Source: a virus
Strand: one strand, 5' to 3'
DNA length: 64,000 nucleotides
Virus record (IMG/VR): IMGVR_UViG_3300045988_120991
Location: 1-64,000 of that record
Shown piece after piece: positions 6,964 through 13,509 of this stretch; the first letter of the stretch is position 1; each line of letters starts with the position of its first letter. A program made the position numbers and the translations under genes. The notes under the pieces are model-generated. The model saw nothing but the letters and a program-made list of their open reading frames with translations. It searched no databases and had not been told where the DNA came from.

Positions 6964-6992
6964 TTGACAAATGAAAAATTCTGTGTTATCAT
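6964..6992 (+). promoter_or_regulatory. sigma-A-type early promoter P1
   Basis: TTGACA (6964-6969), exactly 17 nt, then TATCAT (6987-6992). The 15-mer motif starts 2 nt downstream. Confidence 0.6.
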
Positions 6993-6993
6993 C

Positions 6994-7008
6994 ACAATAC
7001 AAAATTAT
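6994..7008 (+). promoter_or_regulatory. conserved 15-mer copy 1 (ACAATACAAAATTAT)
   Basis: 14/15 match to the consensus. Directly followed by AGGAGG and the ATG at 7021. Confidence 0.7.
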
Positions 7009-7020
7009 AGGAGGTGTCAA

Positions 7021-7320
7021 ATGGAAGTAACAGTCAACAAAACAGAGTCCGACCAAAATAACCCCTATTGCATTGTGAACATTGCCGCCAACCGGGGGGC
7101 ACTTGAAACTTTGACAAAATCAGCCTACTGTCTATATATGTACTTTATGCAGAATCAGGATGGCTTTACATTGAAGTTACGTCGTAACCATGCAATGAGC
7201 GTTACCAATCTGTCTAAATCTTCATACCATAGAGCAATGGCTGAACTCATAGAAAAAGGATACATTATAGATTGCGGCGACGGCTATGAATTTTATGAAG
7301 AACCAGAGGAAGAATTATAA
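7021..7320 (+). CDS. winged-helix DNA-binding protein (99 aa), possible initiator/regulator
   Basis: ORF 6949..7320 trimmed to the ATG at 7021 (AGGAGG upstream). LSKSSYHRAMAELIEKGYI is a wHTH-like recognition region. Confidence 0.6.
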   Translation: MEVTVNKTESDQNNPYCIVNIAANRGALETLTKSAYCLYMYFMQNQDGFTLKLRRNHAMSVTNLSKSSYHRAMAELIEKGYIIDCGDGYEFYEEPEEEL

Positions 7321-7365
7321 TGCGTGATTTTCATAGAGATTTTAAAGTTATAGACAATATCTACT

Positions 7366-7380
7366 ACAATACAAAATTAA
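7366..7380 (+). promoter_or_regulatory. conserved 15-mer copy 2 (ACAATACAAAATTAA)
   Basis: Exact match, 22 nt upstream of the ATG at 7403. Confidence 0.7.
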
Positions 7381-7402
7381 TTAATAGAAAGGAACAATAA
7401 TT

Positions 7403-8215
7403 ATGACAAACGACATCAAGGTATTTGACAACGAGGAATTTGGTAAAGTAAGAACAACTATGATTAATGGAGAACCTTGGTTTGTAGCGTCTGATATATG
7501 TGACGCATTGGACATTACTAATAGCAGAGATGCTATTAATCGTTTGGATGATGATGAAAAGGGAGTAGTTTTAACCGACACCCTTGGAGGAGTTCAAAAC
7601 TTAAATACAGTTAATGAGGCAGGTCTTTATACTTTGGTTCTTGGATCTCGTAAACCTGTAGCTAAGAAATTTAAGAGGTGGATTACACACGAAGTTATCC
7701 CATCTATCCGTAAAACTGGTGGTTATGTTGCCAATGATGAACTATTTATTTCAACCTATTTACCAACAGCGGATGAGGCAACAAAGTTAATGTTCCGTAC
7801 CACCTTAGCAACTGTGCGCCAACTAAATGAAGATAATAATAAATTGCTACAAACCGTCTCCGTCCAGAATCAGCAAATTGCAGAGATGGAGCCTAAAGTA
7901 ACTTATTATGATATTGTCCTGCAATGTAAGGATGTTATCACCATTACCACTATTGCAAAAGATTATGGAAAGTCTGCTAAATGGATGAATCAATATCTGC
8001 ACGACAAGGGCGTTCAATATCGTCGGGGAGATATTTGGCTTTTGTATCAAAAGTATGCTTCTAAAGGATATACTCATACAAAAACTTATGCGACAGATAC
8101 TTCTGCTTTTGCCAAAGTTCACACATATTGGACTCAGAAAGGCAGATTGTTTATTTATGATTTACTAAAGAGTGATGGTATTTTGCCACTAATTGAACAG
8201 GAGGAACAAAAATGA
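7403..8215 (+). CDS. Bro-N / KilAC (ANT) family antirepressor-like protein
   Basis: The N-terminus FGKVRTTMINGEPWFVASDICDALDI is Bro-N-like. The C-terminus TYYDIVLQCKDVITITTIAKDYGKSAKWMNQYL is KilAC/ANT-like. Confidence 0.7.
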   Translation: MTNDIKVFDNEEFGKVRTTMINGEPWFVASDICDALDITNSRDAINRLDDDEKGVVLTDTLGGVQNLNTVNEAGLYTLVLGSRKPVAKKFKRWITHEVIPSIRKTGGYVANDELFISTYLPTADEATKLMFRTTLATVRQLNEDNNKLLQTVSVQNQQIAEMEPKVTYYDIVLQCKDVITITTIAKDYGKSAKWMNQYLHDKGVQYRRGDIWLLYQKYASKGYTHTKTYATDTSAFAKVHTYWTQKGRLFIYDLLKSDGILPLIEQEEQK

Positions 8216-8568
8216 AAATTAACAGATACAAACTAAAGTCAAACATTACCACCAACGACCTAATAACACTCAATGCTCGTGAAGGTGGCATCTGGATAAA
8301 TAAAGAATCTAAACTCTTTCTATCAAAATGTTTTTATTATAAACCTTACGAATTTGAATTTTCTATCGGCATTGCTTTCAAAGATAACATCCATGACTGG
8401 AATGACTTTGACAATATTCTAGTTCTAGACGAAGACTTTGGACAACCATACACTCCGTTCTATGGAGATATGTTTGGAAAAGATGTGTGCAACTTCCCTA
8501 CTCTTGAGTTTGTAATTGAGAAGTACAACGAGTATATGAACAGCCTTGGTATTTTTGAGGAGATATGA
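8212..8568 (+). CDS. hypothetical protein (118 aa)
   Basis: ORF track. ATGA overlap with the upstream gene, AGGAGGAA upstream. Confidence 0.8.
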   Translation: MKINRYKLKSNITTNDLITLNAREGGIWINKESKLFLSKCFYYKPYEFEFSIGIAFKDNIHDWNDFDNILVLDEDFGQPYTPFYGDMFGKDVCNFPTLEFVIEKYNEYMNSLGIFEEI

Positions 8569-8570
8569 TT

Positions 8571-8729
8571 ATGAAGGATTTATTTGAAATGCTTAAATTC
8601 ACTACAACAACTACTATTCTTATCATTCTTGCAAAATCTTTTGGGTTTGCAGATTGGCGCACTTGGGTTATATGGGGACTAATGTGGCTTGCTATGTTTT
8701 TTGACTATATGGCAGAAAACTCCGACTAA
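8571..8729 (+). CDS. hypothetical small membrane protein (52 aa)
   Basis: Hand-translated MKDLFEMLKFTTTTTILIILAKSFGFADWRTWVIWGLMWLAMFFDYMAENSD. GAGGAG upstream. Confidence 0.5.
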   Translation: MKDLFEMLKFTTTTTILIILAKSFGFADWRTWVIWGLMWLAMFFDYMAENSD

Positions 8730-8736
8730 TTCCCTC

Positions 8737-8765
8737 TTGACAAAACTACCAATTTATGTTACAAT
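8737..8765 (+). promoter_or_regulatory. sigma-A-type early promoter P2
   Basis: TTGACA (8737-8742), exactly 17 nt, then TACAAT (8760-8765). The 15-mer motif starts 2 nt downstream. Confidence 0.6.
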
Positions 8766-8766
8766 T

Positions 8767-8781
8767 ACAATACGAAATTAA
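8767..8781 (+). promoter_or_regulatory. conserved 15-mer copy 3 (ACAATACGAAATTAA)
   Basis: 14/15 match, directly followed by AGGAGG and the ATG at 8794. Confidence 0.7.
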
Positions 8782-8793
8782 AGGAGGCTTAGC

Positions 8794-9021
8794 ATGGCAC
8801 AGCTTTATAAAATGACATTGTATGTCTGTGACCTAGAGGATGACCTATCTCTGGACGAAATTAAAACTCTAATCGAACAAGATGCCTTAGATGGTGTTGC
8901 TGTAAATTGCATCTGCCACTTTGCAGACGAACAGACTGGCCCACAAGTTGAATGGGATGATGATATTGATCTAAACTATATAGACTGCCTTAATTCTACT
9001 TGGGAAAAATATTTTAAGTAA
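8794..9021 (+). CDS. hypothetical acidic protein (75 aa)
   Basis: ORF track. AAAGGAGG upstream. Confidence 0.8.
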   Translation: MAQLYKMTLYVCDLEDDLSLDEIKTLIEQDALDGVAVNCICHFADEQTGPQVEWDDDIDLNYIDCLNSTWEKYFK

Positions 9022-9036
9022 ACAATACAAAATTAA
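9022..9036 (+). promoter_or_regulatory. conserved 15-mer copy 4
   Basis: Exact match. Begins immediately after the stop TAA at 9019-9021 and is followed by AGGAG and the ATG at 9049. Confidence 0.7.
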
Positions 9037-9048
9037 AGGAGTTAAAAC

Positions 9049-9294
9049 ATGAGTGAATTAAAACAATGCCCGTTCTGCGGAGGAGATGCAGAAAAAAGAT
9101 ACATTAAGAGAAAGAAGTTATTTGCCTCCATGCGTTTTCCTTATAACACCCACTATGTCTATATTCAATGCCAACTCTGTGGGGCTACGAGTAGAGTTTG
9201 TGTTACCGTCGAAAATGCAATAGAAGCGTGGAACAGCAGAGTTAGTAATTATGCTAATCTTTTTGATAAAAGACAAAAAATTGATATTACATAA
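9049..9294 (+). CDS. Lar-family (restriction alleviation-like) zinc-ribbon protein
   Basis: LKQCPFCGG...CQLCG...AIEAWNSR matches my memory of the Lar-family pattern. Not verified by search. Confidence 0.6.
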   Translation: MSELKQCPFCGGDAEKRYIKRKKLFASMRFPYNTHYVYIQCQLCGATSRVCVTVENAIEAWNSRVSNYANLFDKRQKIDIT

Positions 9295-9324
9295 AATGGA
9301 CATTATGAAAGAAAGGATTAAAAT

Positions 9325-9594
9325 ATGATTATTTGTGCGGCAATTAAAGATACATCTACAGGCCAGGTTTTCCATGGTCTTCGTCATGGAGATATCTATG
9401 ATATGATACGTTGTTTTGGTTATAATACAACATCTGATTTTCTTGTGGAGGGCTTTGTAGATGACAGAAACAACTTTTATAATCGTCACGAAGCCTTTAT
9501 GTGGGCACAGCAGATTGGCCAGCTTCCAGAAACTGTGCTTGAATATAAAAATGATCATAGTGAAAATGAATTGTATTCGGAGGATTTGTACTGA
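9325..9594 (+). CDS. hypothetical protein (89 aa)
   Basis: ORF track. GAAAGGA upstream. Confidence 0.75.
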   Translation: MIICAAIKDTSTGQVFHGLRHGDIYDMIRCFGYNTTSDFLVEGFVDDRNNFYNRHEAFMWAQQIGQLPETVLEYKNDHSENELYSEDLY

Positions 9595-9932
9595 TGAATG
9601 GAGTAACAATTCTTAATAGTTATGAATATTTAACTAATAGGGCGAGTATCGTGGGGTCTATCACTTTATTCATATATTTTCTTATGGCATCAATTTTTAT
9701 ATTTATTGCATTACTTGACTATAAACCTAAAGGATTCGGTATGGAATTTGCCATTCTTATTATGTTCGTAGCTCTAACTATTACTGTCGGCTGTCTTATC
9801 CCTGAAAAGAAATATGAAACTCGCTACCAAGTAACTACTGATGATTCAGTTAGTATGAATGAGTTTCAAAACAAATATGAAATCATTAAAGTTGAAGGTA
9901 AGATTTATACTGTAAAGGAGCGTGTTAAATAA
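9594..9932 (+). CDS. hypothetical membrane protein (112 aa)
   Basis: ORF track. TGATG overlap with the upstream gene. Two hydrophobic segments. Confidence 0.75.
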   Translation: MNGVTILNSYEYLTNRASIVGSITLFIYFLMASIFIFIALLDYKPKGFGMEFAILIMFVALTITVGCLIPEKKYETRYQVTTDDSVSMNEFQNKYEIIKVEGKIYTVKERVK

Positions 9933-10288
9933 TGGATGCTATAGAATTTATTCATGAGAGAAATCGTATGTGTGCAACATATACACCTAAACGTTGTGAA
10001 GGGTGTCCTGCTGACAATTATGGAGAAAGGGGCACCGCTTGTATTATGATTGATAAAATTGACGCAAAGAGACTTGTTCCTATAGTTGAGGAATGGTCTT
10101 CTGAGCACCCCCGCAAGACGCGGCAGAGTGTTTTCCTGAAGCAGTGGCCTAATGCCAAAGTCTTTGCGGATGGTGTATTAGATTTTTGTCCACTGGAACT
10201 AGATGAATGCTATCCATGTCAATCAACTGATATTAAAATGAGTTGTCAATCTTGCCGCCGTGAGTTCTGGAGTCAGGAGGTGGAGTGA
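9932..10288 (+). CDS. hypothetical Cys-rich protein (118 aa)
   Basis: ORF track. TAATG overlap with the upstream gene. Confidence 0.75.
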   Translation: MDAIEFIHERNRMCATYTPKRCEGCPADNYGERGTACIMIDKIDAKRLVPIVEEWSSEHPRKTRQSVFLKQWPNAKVFADGVLDFCPLELDECYPCQSTDIKMSCQSCRREFWSQEVE

Positions 10289-10479
10289 TGCGGTTAACTA
10301 TCGTCTTCAAGGACGAATTTGAGGAATACATGAAAAGGCAGTTTGGAGCCTTTACGAATCCTCGGGTATATCACGTGAAATCTGTACACATAGAAGATGG
10401 GTATCTTTGTTCCACGGTTTGGGACACGAAACGGTGGAACTTGGCTAATATTTCCAGATTTTACTGTGAGGATAGTTAA
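10288..10479 (+). CDS. hypothetical protein (63 aa)
   Basis: ORF 10285.. trimmed to the ATG at 10288. GGAGG lies 7 nt upstream. Confidence 0.65.
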   Translation: MRLTIVFKDEFEEYMKRQFGAFTNPRVYHVKSVHIEDGYLCSTVWDTKRWNLANISRFYCEDS

Positions 10480-10481
10480 TA

Positions 10482-10829
10482 ATGTCTGAATGGAGAGTTT
10501 ATACTGCAGACATACCGCAGTGTACTAGCTGTGGAATGTGGATGCCATTTGCAAGATATCGGCGTGGTCAAGGGACGGATGCTAGAGAGGTTACAGACTA
10601 TTGTCCGCACTGTGGTGGAAGTATGACAGTAAGCGTGTTTTACAGTTTCTCACGAGATTACAGAATCGGGATAGACGGGCAACCGCGAAAGAGATGCAAG
10701 AAGTCTTTTGAGGGTCCTATGGATGTCTGCACTGCATCGTGCAATGATTGCAGTACCTATTGGGACGGAGATAATACCATTTGGGGCGAAGATGGCGTAT
10801 TCGTTCGATGCGAAGGGATTGGCGTATGA
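10482..10829 (+). CDS. zinc-ribbon protein (115 aa)
   Basis: CTSCG...CPHCGG pairs. Confidence 0.7.
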   Translation: MSEWRVYTADIPQCTSCGMWMPFARYRRGQGTDAREVTDYCPHCGGSMTVSVFYSFSRDYRIGIDGQPRKRCKKSFEGPMDVCTASCNDCSTYWDGDNTIWGEDGVFVRCEGIGV

Positions 10830-10850
10830 GGCGAAGATGTAGGAGGTTGA

Positions 10851-11276
10851 ATGATGAAAACTAATAAACTTACTTGTGGTCTATTTATGTACCGTGGCAA
10901 AAATTTCTGGCGAAACATTAAGGATATTCCCATTTTCTTTAAACGTATTGTCTTTGTTCTCAAGCGCGGGTATTTCCCTATGGCTCTTTGGGAATTTGAT
11001 GAATATTTTATTGATATCATGAAGGAGATTTTGGAATGGCACAGAGATGAGAGCTATGGTACTCCGGTCTTTTCAATTGAAGAAAGTGATGAATGGAACA
11101 AGGCAAAGTGGGACTCAATTTTGAATCGTATGATTGAACTCCTTGATTTTATGGATGAAAGGAACCCTATTTATGATGATTGTCATAATTTTGAGGACCA
11201 TTATGCAATGAGAGAAAATGCGAATGAAGAATTCTTCAATCTTTTCTGCGAGAACTTTGGTAGGTTTTGGGATTAA
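10851..11276 (+). CDS. hypothetical protein (141 aa)
   Basis: ORF track. GGAGG upstream. The start could be 10851 or 10854. Confidence 0.75.
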   Translation: MMKTNKLTCGLFMYRGKNFWRNIKDIPIFFKRIVFVLKRGYFPMALWEFDEYFIDIMKEILEWHRDESYGTPVFSIEESDEWNKAKWDSILNRMIELLDFMDERNPIYDDCHNFEDHYAMRENANEEFFNLFCENFGRFWD

Positions 11277-11287
11277 GGAGGTTTATT

Positions 11288-11371
11288 ATGTGCTATGAAA
11301 TTTTTCTGATTCTTATTGTCTTTATTGTCGGTCTTGCAGTGATTGACAAACTAGATGATGATCTTAAGTAA
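11288..11371 (+). CDS. possible 27-aa membrane micro-protein
   Basis: AAGGAGG 7 nt upstream. MCYEIFLILIVFIVGLAVIDKLDDDLK. Confidence 0.3.
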   Translation: MCYEIFLILIVFIVGLAVIDKLDDDLK

Positions 11372-11391
11372 TATTTGATAGGAGGATATAA

Positions 11392-11574
11392 ATGAATAAA
11401 TGTAAGGATTGCATGTTAGAGTGTGAGATTAAGGATGACGGAACAGATACTTGTGTGTGTAATGTAGAGGTAGAAAACAATGCGGGCGTTGAAACCTGTG
11501 TCTGTTGTGGAGAGGTAATTCCAGAAGGAAGACAGATATGTCTCAATTGCGAAAGAGCTTTAGATAAAAGATAA
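11392..11574 (+). CDS. Cys-rich zinc-finger mini-protein (60 aa)
   Basis: ORF track. TAGGAGGA upstream. Several CxxC pairs. Confidence 0.7.
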   Translation: MNKCKDCMLECEIKDDGTDTCVCNVEVENNAGVETCVCCGEVIPEGRQICLNCERALDKR

Positions 11575-11588
11575 CAATACAAAATTAA
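11574..11588 (+). promoter_or_regulatory. conserved 15-mer copy 5
   Basis: Exact match. Overlaps the last base of the stop TAA and is followed by TGGAGG and the ATG at 11601. Confidence 0.7.
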
Positions 11589-11600
11589 TGGAGGTACTTT

Positions 11601-11873
11601 ATGGCAGAGGTTTCTGTAGAATTTATAAAGGGCGAAAAATATCTAACATGGTATAGTGATGATTTTGCAACCATTAGGCATATCAAGAAACTGCAAAATG
11701 AACATCCTGATGATGTTGTAGTGGTTGCAGAAGATGAAAGTTCAATTGTTGTACATGTACCAGTAAGCTGGTTTCGCGAACCGAAGCCAAAAGCGAAACG
11801 TGAAATGACTGAAGAACAGCGTTTGGCGGCTGCAGAAAGGTTGGCAAAGGGACGTAGTTTAAAACATACATAA
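11601..11873 (+). CDS. hypothetical protein (90 aa)
   Basis: ORF track with a good RBS. Confidence 0.8.
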   Translation: MAEVSVEFIKGEKYLTWYSDDFATIRHIKKLQNEHPDDVVVVAEDESSIVVHVPVSWFREPKPKAKREMTEEQRLAAAERLAKGRSLKHT

Positions 11874-11994
11874 ATAATGTATAAAAATCACTCTATTTTT
11901 TAAGATAGAGATTGTCGAATGTAATTTCATAGGTAAAATTTTCGTTTAAATTTGGACGATTCTTTTAGATAAATAACTTATAAGGAGAAAAAGT

Positions 11995-12042
11995 ATGGGG
12001 ATTGTATTTTTTATGAATGACTTCATCATAGTAGGTGATTGA
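11995..12042 (+). CDS. possible 15-codon leader ORF (MGIVFFMNDFIIVGD)
   Basis: AAGGAG 7 nt upstream. The stop TGA ends 1 nt before the ATG at 12044. Confidence 0.25.
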   Translation: MGIVFFMNDFIIVGD

Positions 12043-12043
12043 T

Positions 12044-12259
12044 ATGGAACAGGTATTAAATTTGATAGATACTCGTATTTCCGCAGCAAGGGCGACCGGA
12101 AATGCTACCGAAGAAATCTTTACAAGAACAATCAAGAACGAAATTGAAAGAATTATTCATCAAAGAGACGCTTATAAGAGTGCTTTAGAGAGTGCGTTGC
12201 AAACAAATGATGCCTTATTGAAGAAAATTGAAGAGCTAGGTGGTGAAATGTATGAATAA
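12044..12259 (+). CDS. hypothetical coiled-coil protein (71 aa)
   Basis: ORF 12035.. trimmed to the ATG at 12044. Confidence 0.65.
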   Translation: MEQVLNLIDTRISAARATGNATEEIFTRTIKNEIERIIHQRDAYKSALESALQTNDALLKKIEELGGEMYE

Positions 12260-12701
12260 GTTATGTGAAAATTGTCCGAATAATGGACCATACGGATGCA
12301 TTATTAGTCCTTGTGAGGATTGCCCAAATAATGATTTTATGATTAATGGTACAATTCCAATTGTACAGCCACTTCGTGAAACAACAGATCATATAACTAA
12401 TAAAACTTATATAACAAACACTACTGATTATAAAATAATTACTGTGAATAATAATGGTCTAAACGCTGGCGATGCATTTGTAACTGGTCTAACAACTGAT
12501 CTACCGACTGCTGATGAATACCGTGAATTTATTGGCGCTCCATATTATTATTATCAGCGGGAATGGTCTGAACCAAAGTACATCTGTCCAAAGTGTGGAG
12601 GTGGGATGTGCAAACATGAAAATATTGTGTTTTGCAGTAACCCTCCTCGGTATGAGTACAAGTGTAACAAATGTGATTATATAGAATACCAGCTTGGCTA
12701 A
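12252..12701 (+). CDS. zinc-ribbon protein (149 aa)
   Basis: ORF 12240.. trimmed to the ATG at 12252. CENCPNN...CEDCPNN and CPKCGG...CNKC. Confidence 0.7.
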   Translation: MNKLCENCPNNGPYGCIISPCEDCPNNDFMINGTIPIVQPLRETTDHITNKTYITNTTDYKIITVNNNGLNAGDAFVTGLTTDLPTADEYREFIGAPYYYYQREWSEPKYICPKCGGGMCKHENIVFCSNPPRYEYKCNKCDYIEYQLG

Positions 12702-12724
12702 AAAGAATTGGAGGATGAAAAATT

Positions 12725-12871
12725 ATGGCTTTAATTTTGACTTTTATCGGAGGCACAGTTCTTGGTTTTATGCTTTGCTCAATGCTGACGGTAGGTAAAT
12801 TTGATGATCTTGCCACCGAAAATGAGTATTTGCGCAGAAAATTGAGCGAAAATAACGATTGGGGGTATTAA
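12725..12871 (+). CDS. hypothetical small membrane protein (48 aa)
   Basis: GGAGGATGA upstream. MALILTFIGGTVLGFMLCSMLTVGKF... Confidence 0.5.
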   Translation: MALILTFIGGTVLGFMLCSMLTVGKFDDLATENEYLRRKLSENNDWGY

Positions 12872-12873
12872 TT

Positions 12874-13224
12874 TTGGGTGATTTTAGAGGATATAGAGCA
12901 AAAACTAAAGATGGAAAGTGGATATATGGATCATTAGTGTTTGATGGTGTGTTTTATAGCATTTATCGTAATAGACACGCTATTTATGATGTTATTTCGT
13001 CAACTGTAGGCCAATGGACTGGTTGTTATGATAAAAATGGAACAAAAGTGTACGAGGGAGACATTATTCGAGACGGAAACAGGTTATTTGTTGTAGTTTT
13101 TGAAGCTCCATTATTTTGTGCGAAAGAAATTGATAAAAATATCTTCTATCTTCTTTCGTTAAAGGAGAATATGGAGGTAGTTGGAAATATTTATGATGAT
13201 GTTTGGATGATTGATTTAAACTGA
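12874..13224 (+). CDS. YopX-family protein
   Basis: FRGYRAKTKDGKWIYG...TVGQWTGCYDKNGTKVYEGDII...MEVVGNIYDD matches the YopX pattern. The start is uncertain (TTG at 12874 or 12859). Confidence 0.65.
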   Translation: MGDFRGYRAKTKDGKWIYGSLVFDGVFYSIYRNRHAIYDVISSTVGQWTGCYDKNGTKVYEGDIIRDGNRLFVVVFEAPLFCAKEIDKNIFYLLSLKENMEVVGNIYDDVWMIDLN

Positions 13225-13239
13225 TTGGAGGGTGATAGC

Positions 13240-13482
13240 GTGTATATTTGTTTGGATTGTGGATGTATATTTGAAAATCCTCGCAAATATGTAGAAACTC
13301 ACGGGCTTGAGTCTCCTCCTTATGAAGAATGGAATGGCTGTCCGTCTTGTGGAGGGGTTTATGCAGAGGCTCGTAAGTGTGACGGATGTGAAAAATGGAT
13401 AGATGGAGAATTTGTTGAAATTCTTCCAAGTCATGAGGTTTATTGTGACAGATGTTTTGAATTGAAAGATATAGAGGACTAA
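13240..13482 (+). CDS. zinc-ribbon protein (80 aa)
   Basis: GGAGGGTGA precedes the GTG at 13240. CLDCG...CPSCGG. Confidence 0.65.
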   Translation: MYICLDCGCIFENPRKYVETHGLESPPYEEWNGCPSCGGVYAEARKCDGCEKWIDGEFVEILPSHEVYCDRCFELKDIED

Positions 13483-13509
13483 GTTCCAATATGATTGGAG
13501 TGATGACTA

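Noticed and set aside
9118-9609. Long - strand ORFs in the right arm (9118..9609, 13064..13531, 16445..16879, 19012..19419, 32936..33247)
   Set aside because: All are antisense to RBS-supported + strand genes. Their Ile/Phe/Lys/Asn-rich sequences are typical of AT-rich shadow frames, and none has an SD.
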